NCBI GenBank assembly: GCA_965645245.1
Contig: OZ287068.1
Span: forward strand, 558,001 to 622,000
Reading direction: 5' to 3'
Origin: Massalongia carnosa
Taxonomy: Eukaryota
DNA: 64,000 bases
Position numbers and translations under genes: made by a program. Of the stretch, positions 1 through 11,700 are shown piece after piece. Numbering within the stretch: position 1 is the first letter of the stretch; each line of letters opens with the position of its first letter. The notes under the pieces were generated by a model, which saw nothing but the letters and a program-made list of their open reading frames with translations, was not told where the DNA came from and did not search any database.

Positions 1-1846
1 AACATGAAGCTAATCTAGACGTTCGATCATAACATTGGCTCGCAGCATGCATCGCAGACTCGGCTTGCGTAGGACTTGGCTAGAGAAGTTTGGTAATGCT
101 TACTTCGATTTCATACCAGTGTAGCACAATGAGGAAGCTTCAGGACAACAAGCTTCTCAACCTGGGCTAAATAATCTCACCTTGGACCAAGAGCTTGTTG
201 CTCGTGAAGTAGAAAATTTAGCAAAAATTGTTCCTATAATGCGTGCAAGCCCTGATAGACGTTATGGAACCCAAAATAGTAATAAGGGGAAGCTAGCCGT
301 TGATGTGATGATGTCTACCTTCAGCGTCAGTTGCGAACCCAGTTTAGGCAGCCCTAGGCAGACAAATTGTTTGAGAGCAGCCTTTGCATACGATGATCTC
401 ATGGGCGCTAATGTTGAATTCAGTCCAGAAGACCCCTTGTTTTCACGAAAATATAGTATATCCCCCAGTACTTTGACGTTCCATTGCCCTAGCAATCGAG
501 CGCTAAATTTCGATAGGTGACTGCATTATAGCGGTAGAATTCAAAGGAGAGACGTCGATTTCTGGAAGTGCTCTCAAAAACGTTGTCGATTACGTATTAG
601 AAAAGTGTTTGAGGGCTCCTTTAGCACTCCTGGTTGGGGGCACTGCCATCAGTAAAAATCCTCAAGGAAATACTCGAAAAGAGGTAGATAACCCGTTCTC
701 TGTTATCTAATGTAAATCATTGATGTCAGTACCCAAGTTGACTCTGTGCCATTCTTCCTGGCATGGAAGTAACAATATATGAACAAAACGAGGCCTCGAC
801 CATTAACACGGATACCTATGCTTGGAAGGCTGTTTCAACTCATGAAGGAGATATCAGGCAATGCCCTAAAGGGACTAGACCTCCAGTAAGCCCACCCTAT
901 CAAGGTATCTGGAGACAGTAAATCTGGGCCAAGGCATACCTGTAGTGAAATTTAGCACCCAGCTGATGAGTATCAACCTTCTATCTAAGGATATTTTACT
1001 CTTTGAAGTGCGCAGCAACGGAAGGCAATCCAGCAATGCCTCGATTTGTCTCCAGCGGGTGATGTTCGATGACATCCAAAAATTAACAGCAACCAAGACT
1101 AAGAAGCGCCTCATGAAACACTGTAGCTCAGATCCACTGATTCTGCACGGGGTCAACCCACAAAAATCTTCTCACCGTTCATGGTTATGAAGACTTGGCT
1201 GTCGCTTCAGTGGAGCGAGCATTCCGCTTGCCTCAGTACCTCAGACCTGCCTTGCCCTCGCCACAGCTAAACCTATTCAGATTAGTATATTATTAGTCTA
1301 AAGCTAAGCTAGTTTAGTGAATAGTTTAACTATTTTGGGTTAAGACTCTGTTTAGCTTACTACGCATGCTTCGGGCGGCAGGTCTGAGTTCAAAACTCTG
1401 TAATTTTGCCAGGTTCGCGTTATTTTGGTGACAACACATGTAAATTTCGTGCTTAAGATAAAAAATCATCGTTTTTCACGTTCAGGACAGGATCAACGAC
1501 AACACATGATAATTGTTATATAATACTTCTTTGTCGCCGCTACTTTCAGATATGCTTTATTGAATGCCCTAAAATTTAAACGCCCTGCATGCGTTGCGCG
1601 AATATCTTCCTCGTCGAGCAACATCGACTCAAATTGTTTCTCAAATCCCGACAACAGCACGACAATATCAAATTGAGTCTTGCTCTTCAAATCAACGGTC
1701 GGCGCTTATATCCATCATATTGCCTTGACGGATCAAGTTATTGTAGTCCTTCAGGGCTCCGAACTCGAAAACCTAGTCGTCGTCCTTGCTAGCGTGCTTT
1801 TTGACAGTTCGAAACTCGATCAAGATTGTAGCGCTATTACATCAAT

Positions 1847-2600
1847 ATGAACGACGCGATACAGGCGTTGACTCTTGAGAAGATCGAGAGCGTTTTTGAT
1901 CGTTATTTCGGATTTCGTCTAAAGAGGGCGCAGGTGGATGCTCTTCATCATCTGTTGTGCGATAGGATGGATTTGATTTTGATAGCAAAAACAGGCTTCG
2001 GAAAAAGCATACTATTTCAAGCTGCTCCTTTGATGTTTTCGCCTTGCAAGTCAGTGTTGATAATCATGCCTTTGATTGCACTAGAAGAAGAGCAATGTGA
2101 AAAATTTACTCTCATCGACAACTGTCGACCCATAGTGTTGAACGGAGATAATAACAACTTGTCTACCTTGACTGCTATTCGTCATAGTCGTTACACTCAT
2201 GATAAGTCGAATAAATCTGTTTGTATACAAGTCAGCGCTCTAATTGTTACTTACAGTATTCACGAGTCCAGAAATAGCAACGTCGAAATTGTTTAACGAA
2301 ATGGTTCTCAGTCACTCATATTATTTCTCAAATCTTTGTCTGTTGGCTATCGACGGGCTGCATCTGGTATCGGAATGGCGTGATTTTCGACCTGAATACT
2401 TCAATCTTTGAACCTGATTGCCAGATGGAATACCCTTTTTGGGAGAACGTTGGATGAAGACCTTGAACTGCGTCAGAAGTCAATGTGGGTTTCATGATGA
2501 AACTCGACTTATCAAAACACCTCTTGATCGACCAGAGATTTACATTCAAGTCAGTTCTTTGTTGAAATCACAAGCTGAAATGCTTGATCTTCAACAGTTG
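1847..2600 (+). pseudogene. RecQ-family (SF2) helicase fragment, transposon-borne
   Basis: LKRAQVDAL (motif 0/Q), AKTGFGKS (Walker A), IIMPLIAL (Ia), FTSPEIA after an intron whose donor reads ATAAGT, LLAIDGLHLVSEW (mutated DExH), FRPEY, TPLDRPEI. Contains stops and deletions; truncated near 2600. Confidence 0.8.
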
Positions 2601-3560
2601 TGCTTTCGTCTTTCATAACCGGCTTCAACGGATACTTCGTTCGAAGGCGATTCAGTCTTTTCAACACAGGCATGGATGTAACCCGAGGAAACTTGAAGTC
2701 GCTGAATTTAGCATTGTAAAGGGCTTGAATTGCCGACTCGACATGATGAATTTGAATCTTCGTCCACATTTCATCAGTTTCAAGTAAGCCGCTTGGAAAA
2801 GTGGTCGATGCTTACCTGTGCGTCTATTGTCATCTAGTTTCAATCTTAGTGCGAGTCCTATGGCGGACAAAGGATAATTCTCAGGTTGCCACATATTCTG
2901 TCTCAAGACCGTTACCCCAAGGCCCTGTCCTTCAAATATCAAAGCGGTCGTAATTGATCAAAACTTTCTTACGTCACCGATTCTCTCGCCTCTTCGGCCT
3001 TCTGCAAAAACAAATTATCATAGGTTACAACAGTAGTTGAAGCTCGCCCTATCGTCCTTAATTTTCGCCTTGCTTCGTCACTTAAGCTTGACATGCGCCG
3101 TTGAAGAATGGAATACGACATTGTCAAGCCAAGTTGACATAAAGTATCCAGAACTCTGCGCCTGGCGTCATCCTGATAGATATAAAGGCCCATGATGCTC
3201 TGAAAATTTGTTGACGTATTCGGGCGCAACATGTGACAAAAGAGGGACAATATAGTTAACTGCCGCCCGACCGGAATACCGCGCTGAGGATGAGTGGACT
3301 CGTCTCGGTGGGCATCACAACAGACGCGCTTAATAGGATCTAGCCATCGTGGCGCCTTACTCATGATGACCGATGCGGCACCCTTGAAGCTATTTAAGGT
3401 GCCCAGCTCGTCAGTCTCCGACGGTGGGTGGAAAACCCCAAATGCGGCCGTTGCAACCAGTGCATTGAGCTCCGCTCGAAGGGCCTCCGCGACCCAGGTC
3501 CAACCCTGTTCATGAAGGATGATTGCCGCTCGATCCTAGCTTTGCCGTACATAGTCTAGC
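2595..3560 (-). pseudogene. Academ-type (DUF6589-like) transposase 5' fragment
   Basis: Minus-strand peptides NFQSIMGLYIYQDDARRRVLDTLCQLGLTMSY...VVTYDN, then after a frameshift ERIGDVRKF*SITTALIF and YPLKPVMKDESTT. These resemble fungal DUF6589/Academ transposases (recalled motifs). Upstream boundary approximate. Confidence 0.55.
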
Positions 3561-4025
3561 TATAGAGATGATAAGTTAATTATGAATCAATGACCGCTTG
3601 CAGCTGTCATTCTCTTACTATTTTCGTGACTGAACTAGATGTCCATTGTAGACTGAGATCCGGGCCTTTTGTCTAACTTGCATCGAGGTTAAAAAGCGCG
3701 CTCATTGTTCCTTGATGGCGTTCTACAGCGCGCATAGTCTGTCGTGTAGTTGGAAAACACATAAATAACACACATAGAAAACGATGGGATGGTATAACAC
3801 AATCGAGTTGATATTTTACGCTTAATCGGGTAAGGCGGCTTGGTATTTTAATATTTTCTCATTTATAAGGCAAACCTGCCTGTATTATTGAGTTTTGCCC
3901 TCAGACGTGCTGGCACAGCGAAGTTAGTAAGCAAAGTCTAACTATAAAAAGTTAGACTTATAGGCTAAATAAGTTAGCGGTGAGTTAACCGGAAAAGGTT
4001 AATAAAGGCGAAGGCTGAGCCACAG

Positions 4026-4607
4026 AATCACAATACGAAATCCTTAGTTCAGGCCAGCCTATGAGCTTTACAAATAAAGACACCAAAGACATACGAGGAA
4101 ATCTTGTTTTTGATTGGTGAGACGCTCGACAAGCTTGTTCTTAGTCTTGACGGACCAGGCATATAGAGCACGTGGGAACCATTGAGCATGGTTCGCTCAT
4201 GCATAAATGGCAATCACATTCTCAATACTCTGTACCATGAACTCTGCTCGTCTGGTCATACAAAAGAAGTGATTTTCCCGACCTACTTGGTGAATGCATC
4301 CAGCAAGTCTTTGAATTAGGAGTTATTCTACTCGTGATATCTTCGTTCCCAAATAACCATGTAGATCTTTAATACCTGGTACTACCCCGAGCTCCCGGTA
4401 AACTTTTCATTCATCTTCCCAATCGAATCAGTCATGGCTATCCCTCTAATCCGTACAGAGGCTGGCATATTACCCATTTCTTAAATCATGAGATAAGTCC
4501 CACGAATCAAAGAGCGGATCATAAAACTCGGGGTCATCATGCCAACTCAAGTCCCATGCCACTCGCATCTTGATTTCTATGCAAAGTGCAGTAACCTTAC
4601 TCACCAT
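4026..4607 (-). pseudogene. Decayed ORF of unknown function; probably continues left of the transposon (below 1266)
   Basis: One continuous minus frame (MRVAWDLSWHDDPEFYD...FDWEDE*KVYRELGVVPG...RIVILW) interrupted only by TAA/TAG/TGA. It reads on across the reconstructed empty site (…RIVILWRGQGRSEVL…). Confidence 0.3.
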
Positions 4608-5374
4608 GAAATTTGCAACGAATAGGAATTTCAGGAAAAATTCTACTCGAATTCTTTCGAAGAAACAGCCTGTGTCCAAAGAAAAAGCAAGACGTCAAAA
4701 TGTCGAAAAATCGAAAAATCGCAATAATACACAATTTATTACGAATATCTGACCGTAACTTTGAGTTTTGCGTGCTATCGGAGTCACGTTAAGCAGCTGG
4801 AACGCTCATCCGAAGGAGCTTAGCGAAATAGGCTAACCTGGAGGGGCTTAAGGCTCGTGAAGCCACGCACGTTTGAGGTACCGAGGCAAAAAAATCCGAA
4901 CTTCTCACGGCTCACTTGCGGAGTACTTTGTACTCTGTATTATGTATTCTGTGCTCCGTACAGAGATTCCTAGTTACCAAAGGTAGAGCAGCAGGGTGAT
5001 TAAAGCAGCCAGAGGACAGTCACAGACGTGATGAAGCACCTAAATACCCTTCGTATGGCAAACTCCTTCTCCATCATCTCCAAGCAGCTTCGGCATTCCA
5101 ACAGGACAGGTAAGGCACCTTACCAGGTAGGTACTTGGTAATTACACATCCTGCGTCAAAAGGTAAGAGATTACCTACAGAGCAGGTTGAAAGAGCTCAA
5201 CTAGTCTACTCTGCATCGCTAGCACGGGTAGGCATCATTTGCGGTCTGAGGGTCAGGTTACTGATACCAGCAACGCCTTCCATCACAGCATGTTGGACAC
5301 TTCGTTTCTTGTTTCTTGTATCCGATGTGAACTTTAATACAAATATAACGACCGTTGAGGCTTTTACAAATAAA

Positions 5375-6076
5375 ATGAAAACATTTATGGCAAAATCTAG
5401 CATTGTCGCTCTATCAAGCCTCTGTTGCTTCCTCTCTCCTGTCGACATCCAGTCATTCGACACCTAATGGCCTGCCCAGAAAAAGGTGTCGGCTTCCTCG
5501 ACGCATCCTTCACCAACAGATGAATTTATTCCTGAACATGCAATTGATCGTGATCAAAGAACGAAGTGGAACGACGACAGTCAGAACGCATATCCTGATA
5601 GCCTTACCATCCGGGTGGTTAATCCAATCACGCTTACGGGGATTTATCCTCTCTCTTCCCCGGAAGGATATCCAGCGGAGTATAATGTCGAAGCCTTCGT
5701 GGGAAATATCTGGATTACCATGGCTAGTGTCACCAACAACGAAGACCTCCGTCAACTGGTCTTGTTCTCTCAGGCTGTCACCACTACACAGATTCGTATC
5801 AATGTAACAAAAGACGGGAGGAATCCTTCCGGAGGCCTGTATACTCGTATCCGCGAAGTTTATCCCATCTACGAGTCGAAAGCCTCAGCCAACAGAACAT
5901 TATCGACCAAAGCACCGTCCACCATTAGCTCGTCAGGTTCCAATGCAAAGCCATCGAGTACGAGTTCTAACAAAGGCGTAACCGAAAGCGCTGTTGTGGC
6001 CGGCTTGGCAGGACTCGCTATGATTTGGATTACTCTGCTTTATCTCCGCGCACGTCGCAAGCAGAGCCCCATCTAA
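5375..6076 (+). pseudogene. Secreted or single-pass membrane protein with discoidin (F5/8 type C, CBM32-like) domain; in-frame stop at 5465-5467
   Basis: ATG 5375/5387 gives a signal-like peptide (MAKSSIVALSSLCCFLSPV) in frame with ORF 5486-6076 (VSASS…AIDRDQRTKWNDD…IRINVT…YTRIREVYP), followed by an S/T stalk, a TM helix (AVVAGLAGLAMIWITLLYL) and basic RARRK. Confidence 0.6.
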
Positions 6077-8399
6077 CAGGAGAAATCGGCAGATTTAATG
6101 TGAAGATCCAATATTCTGGCATTGGAAGAGGCACCTGAAAAAGACCCGTGGAGGTTTTTTTCCCGCCAAGAGATGCCGGGGCAAAGGGAGGCAGCAGAGC
6201 TGCATGGATGATATTAGCACAGCCTAATACGGGATCTCCGTTACCGTAATCTTTACTATGTTTATTTAAAACTGCAGGGGCTGTTTGAGCTAATAGCTTT
6301 TCCGAATCGGTATTTTTCCTAGCTTTGCGTGGTGCTTCTGATAATTGAGATTTTGCTTCTCGCAAGAAACCAGGCAAAGCGTCCTTTCCGTTTTTTTCTT
6401 GTTTTCCTTCTAAAACAGTTGCAGTGGTTGCTAACCTCCTCCCTCGAAAAACAGTTGGCTGAAAGGGAACGAAGTAGACAACTTGAGCATTTCAACCCCG
6501 AAGATAGCCGTATCCTTAATATTCTTTTCATTTCGCGTATAGACTAAATGGATCGACGAATAGCGACATGAAACAAGACTGGCACGACTGGACACTTGAC
6601 GTGGTGCTGAAACTTCATGTCGCCAAAATAGCCTAGTTTCAATTATAAGGCTGCGTGGGACATACCGCGCTCCATGCATGGCTTTAACATACATTCAACC
6701 CGCTCAAACGGACCAAGCGGTCAACTCTTTAAATCTCCGGGGTGTACAGTAAAGAGACGGAAGCTTTCAACGGTTCGGGACAAACCCGGCCACATTTCAA
6801 GTCTGAGCGATGGTTAAGCCATATTTTAAGGAAACTTGCTCTGATAACAGCATTTTTCTAATTTGTAATAATATAGCTATAGCAGCGATGCGGACAGTAA
6901 GAGGTCTGCGTAGAAGTCTTTCTTTCGCCTTATTCCGCTAGCAGTAAAAGCGGCCTAAAAGCTACCAAGAAAAGGCTTGGTAGCACTCGCCTTTACCCCC
7001 CTTTCAACACAAAATGCTATATCAGGAGAATTTTTTTTGCTTGGTTTTTCCAACCCCTTAATAATAAAAACCATAGCTGCACGAGAGAGAATAGATCCCG
7101 AGGAACTTTCAATTTCTCTCACAGACCGGCTTAATTCCAGTGCCGTTGCTCGATGCGATCAGCAGCCTACTTGCCACTTCCCAGCACTACCCTTCAAGAA
7201 CATGGCGAAGCCAACATGGACTTGAGATAAACCTACTGATTTTAGGGTTCGTGCAGAGTTTGGGGGGCGGAAATAGAAAATATGTATTTTCTAGCGATGG
7301 ACGATCTCAAGGGTGGAGTTTTAAACAAGGTCTTATTCAAGACGATTTGAGCACTGCCACAATCAGCGAACTGTCATGACGTGAGCAATACTCTTGGTTC
7401 CTTGTCGCTTTGTTCTATAGTATTTTCGACGTACTTTCAATATGGAGAGTTCCCCTTCCAGTCATTTCCCGACCGAGAGTTGAAACCCTTTCCCTTGTGG
7501 CGATTCTTGTTGCGAATGGATTCGGACGACATATGCAAGCGGTCACTGCTATGTGACCTTATTGCACATATTTCTTAATAACCTTCATTTCGACTTTCAT
7601 TTCAACTTTGAACCATGCACAAAGAAATATGAAAGTAAGAAGTCACTTGATTCTTGAAAAGCCTCTCAATTTTAAGTCTCTAAATTAGGTTTTATTTTTT
7701 CTTACATTGGCTATAAAAGATTAGAGAAATTATTCGCCCCTATTTTCAGTCTTGTTCTATCGAACTGAAGATTATAAATTTTCAATGGTATATATCAATT
7801 AGATACGGTGTATTCGGTGAAGTGGACTTTTAGCAGCATACACGCCTTGCTCAGATCCTCGGATTATATGTTTCACAGGAACAATAATAAATCAAAAGCT
7901 TACAATTTAGGTTCACCAGGACTAGCAAACGGCCATGAACGGAAAGACGAGAAACGTCTCTTCTCCGAAGACGAGATGAAGGCAGAGAGAAACTATAGAG
8001 GTTACAATCTTTACCGAGACACCCAAGAAGCGGACGATTGATGATGGTTTTAGTTAGCGAAGGATCCGCCAAAAAAGCATGGATGATAAAAGGCAGTTTT
8101 AGCCCTGATGATACGGGAAAAATAGATATTGATCGGAGCGTTATTCCTTTGAAGGCGATGAGAAGCGAAACAGACATCTCTGCCGAGTATTTATAGATAT
8201 CGCTATAACTTAATCCCCATTCCAGCCTCAGCCAATAGACGGGAGTTTCAGCCTTGTGGCAGCTAGTTAGTTAGGCCTGTTTCATTCAGGTACGACGGGA
8301 CGGGCCGGATATCAACGCCTACGGGCACTCGACTTGAAGATCCCACTCCTCATTTGTGGCTAGGGGTTTCCTTTGCACAAAAATAATTGTTTATTTGGA

Positions 8400-9520
8400 C
8401 TATCTTCACCACTATCTTCGTCGCCATCGCTACTCGAAGACTGAACGGAGGTTGTGTAATTATGCTTTGTGGCCTGGTACGAGTCTATCCTTCACGCTGA
8501 CTCTTCCGCATGCAATCGATACTTTGCGCGTCCACAAGCCATATGTACAGATTTATTCCTGTGGCATGGCGTCAAAATGATTCCCCCTGCCCCTGCATGC
8601 ATGCGCTTTGGGAGCATATTCGTGAAACCGTCGGAAAGCTGGTAGGGCTCTCCCTATTGTCCAGTCACAGATACAAGGCAACGTACACGTCCAACGTTTA
8701 CAATATCTGAACTATGGTAGACGCGAACAAAAATTCGGCGCTTTAGGTCTGCGTAGAGGGCTACGGTAGCTTCAATAACGTCGGTGGAATCTCCAATCCC
8801 CTATACGACGGTCGCAACATGGCTAGCACCGAAACTTTGCAGGCATGACTCAACTATAGGCTTGATCCTTCGGATTATCAGGAACTGGACAGCGTCGGAA
8901 TAGGCGAGAGTCGGTGTGTTAATGATGTACTACTTAGTCTTCAACGGACTCGAGACATTATTGCAGTACTTGGGGGCGATTCGGTAGATCGTGACGGATC
9001 ATGTGCGGAGCGTTTCTAATACTGATTATGTATGATAAGACAATGTGCTTTTGCACCGTCAATCTGCTGACGCAATAACACCTTCACCGTTACCTCACTA
9101 CCTAATACTCCTTGTTTCGTTGAGGTTGCGATCATGGGGTTTGGCGTTGGACGAGATACGTTTATCAAGGACAAAATGAAGACTTTTGCAGCAAGCCATG
9201 CTCCGAGCTTAAAATCGCAGAGCCGGCGGCGTTCACTGCCGTTCTAGAAACTCAAAGTTGACGTAAACCGGCTCTAGTCTGCGTGCCTGAGGGAAAAACC
9301 TGTCTCCGCCTCCGCCCTATAGACAACTCTTCACAATCAACCGTTACCAAATCCAAAGTCTCTGAATGCAATTAGTGTCGACGACATCACCGCCAGCTGT
9401 ATGTACCCTCAAATCCAGATGTCGACGGCAAGACCATTCCCATCTAGTCGTGTCAACAAGGTACACGGGCGCTTTCCCATCTTTGGATCAAGTACCTATA
9501 GCTGGTTGGTTATACTGCCC
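8400..9520 (+). pseudogene. Type-B carboxylesterase pseudogene
   Basis: Collinear degenerate motifs: GGISNPLYDGRNMA, LNYRL (8849-8863), DVLLSLQRTRDIIAVLGGD (GGD 8972-8980), NVLLHRQSADA (decayed GxSAG, ~9042-9074), AIMGFG, ACLREKP, VDGKTIP. Many stops and frameshifts; boundaries approximate. Confidence 0.65.
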
Positions 9521-10260
9521 CTGATTAGCATTCATGGAGGGACCCTTTATTCGCGCTCCTCCAGTAGGTATGCCGAGAACTCTTCCAAAAGATTCGGTTT
9601 CAGCCACGGCCAAGGACTAGCTAGGTACCAAAGATTGAGATTTGGCTCGGCAGCGCCGCTGATTTGAACATTACTATCCCCTGCTTGGCTTTTGTTTCAA
9701 TACTATACTATTCATTGCCTTCTACGCCATGTCCAAGGTTCGGACCACTGCGTCTTTCCATTTCTCATTTCCCATTTCTCATTCTTCGTCAACCTCCTCG
9801 GTTGTCGCCAGGGTTAATGCTCACTAAACCACCCCTGCCTGCTAAGCTGTGGAACAATAGTAACAACAACACCCTAGAACCGCAAACTTACCAGTTGTCG
9901 AGTAATAGGTAATGAGTTAACCGCCCCCCTGGCCCCCCCCTCGGAGGTTCCTATGTACGTAATGTACCCCCACGACGACGGCGACAACGTTAAAAAATCA
10001 AAAACCAAAAAGCCCAGCACCACCACCGCATACTACCAATCTCAAGCCCTTTTCCGCGTATTGGTTTTTTTTCTTCTTCTTTGCTAGGGAGGTCGAGAAG
10101 TTTAGTTATTTATTTATTTCATTTGGAGGAAGAAAGAGGATGGGAGGAACTCTGCTTGCTTACTTTTATTTTTTTAGTTTTTTGTTTTCAATAAAAAAGA
10201 GTTCGACGGGAGGAGGGGAAGGACAAAGGTTATGACCAGAAAACGAAAAGAAAAAAGAGG

Positions 10261-10407
10261 AAGAAGAAGAAGAAGAAGAAGAAGAAGAAGAAGAAGAAGA
10301 AGAAGAAGAAGAAGAAGAAGAAGAAGAAGAAGAAGAAGAAGAAGAAGAAGAAGAAGAAGAAGAAGAAGAAGAAGAAGAAGAAGAAGAAGAAGAAGAAGAA
10401 GAAGAAG
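10261..10407. repeat. (AAG)49 perfect trinucleotide microsatellite
   Basis: 147 nt of uninterrupted AAG units. Confidence 0.98.
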
Positions 10408-11022
10408 AAAGAAGAACTGAGAGCGTAGTGGCAATGATAGGGAACTATTCCTGTCCACGCTGCGATATATATGAAAGTATAGAATATAGGTAACCTGTTT
10501 CCCCCCTATGGATGTATGCATATATGGATCTTATTCAAAACCTTGATCGTTTTGTGTGAAACGGAGAGATTGTGTATGAGGGCGTATTAATTGACTACCT
10601 AGTACATATGCATGATGTATGTACTTATGTGCTTACCTAGCTAGTTATATAGCACAACACATACCGTTTACCAAATGTCTACCAGATGAAAAACAATTCA
10701 GGTCCTCCTGCCTCCAAGATCATGGAGGATTTAGGGCTTTTCATGTTGGCATTTAAATCGGTAATTATATTTACGTTGAAAGGGAACACACTGCTTGTAA
10801 TCGGAAAACCATGCAAATAAGATTAAGAGGTTGCATTGACTGGATCCGAAAAAACATGCCATCTACCAAAAAAATAGTTCCCAAAAATAAGAAATCCATC
10901 GCACTCCGGGGTGGTGGAAGTCCATGAGGTATCGCGCTCTCAGCTCCGCCACGCCGTTGCGCAATCCATTCTCCATCCTTTCTTTGCCATCCATAGAAGT
11001 GAAATTCAGCGGCATTTCCCGC

Positions 11023-11700
11023 CTAATACTTCCCAGTCTTCTCCTTCGTCTTGTCCTTTGCTTGCTCCTTTTTCGTGGCGAAGAACGAGCTCACCCAGGC
11101 CAGGCTATCGCTAGTCACGATGAGCGAAGTAGTGATGATGGCTTTGCCACCGGAGATGACACCATCGCCACCGCATTTCTTGTATTCGCCCGAATAGGTA
11201 TTGAGAACGTAATCCTTACTGGTCCCGGCGAGCCGTAGCGGAGCAAAAGCCAAGTTGAGGACAGAGGTTTTGATCTTATGCGTGTCCTCTTTCACGATAG
11301 GAAAGGTCGTCTCGACTTTGCTGAGGCCGCCATCTGCCAGCGAGTCTGCCTTGGCTACATAGGGCTTGACGTAGCCGAAGGGACGCTGGGTGTACGGGAT
11401 AATGGGAGCGATGAACGAGCTGTACCCACGATCGGCAAGGGAGATGGACCTCTGGCCGTAAGGGTTGGACTTGAAGGTAGAAATTGAGTCGTGTACCAAA
11501 GGATACGAAGTCAGGTGCTGCACCAGGTTAGTTCTATGAAAGCATTGCATGGACCATATTAATAGTGGGCGAGCAGGGCCATATATAGCCCAACGACCTT
11601 CCAGGAGTGCTGATATGAAACTTACAGAGATAAACTGAGAGGACGGCAAGTCACCGTTGGTAGTTGGTGCGCTCATGGTATCCGATTGTGCGTGGGGCAT
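11023..11700 (-). CDS. CAP20: Perilipin-like lipid droplet protein (CAP20/MPL1 family)
   Basis: PSSQFIS|HLTSYPLVHDSISTFKSNPYGQRSI…YVAKADSLADGGLSKVETTFP. In-frame 108-nt GT-AG intron at 11518-11625; ATG at 11700. Confidence 0.85.
   Translation of the reverse strand: MPHAQSDTMSAPTTNGDLPSSQFISVSFISALLEGRWAIYGPARPLLIWSMQCFHRTNLVQHLTSYPLVHDSISTFKSNPYGQRSISLADRGYSSFIAPIIPYTQRPFGYVKPYVAKADSLADGGLSKVETTFPIVKEDTHKIKTSVLNLAFAPLRLAGTSKDYVLNTYSGEYKKCGGDGVISGGKAIITTSLIVTSDSLAWVSSFFATKKEQAKDKTKEKTGKY

Larger units (their letters stand above)
1267..4018. mobile_element. Degenerate, internally deleted AcademH-like DNA transposon (helicase + DUF6589-like transposase, convergent)
   Basis: Direct repeat GCCACAG at 1260-1266 and 4019-4025. 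Imperfect inverted repeats at 1355-1418 and 3870-3932 lie symmetrically (88 and 86 nt inside the ends). Ends are TA-rich. Contains a + strand RecQ-like helicase remnant and a - strand transposase-like remnant. Exact termini are uncertain by a few nt. Confidence 0.65.

Noticed and set aside
6030..7400. Possible TE or gene remnant (short ORFs, TACAGT / GGGGTGTA ends near 6740)
   Set aside because: No matching second TIR, TSD or recognisable protein motif was found.
7808..8260. Protein-like fragments on the + strand
   Set aside because: Cannot be assigned to a family; may be a decayed gene but unsupported.
8575..8615. SPCPCMHAL resembling the heme-thiolate peroxidase PCP motif
   Set aside because: Downstream motifs are all carboxylesterase-type and no peroxygenase EHD/EGD motif follows.
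10174..10521. Poly-Leu and poly-Arg ORFs
   Set aside because: Artefacts of translating the (AAG)49 microsatellite.
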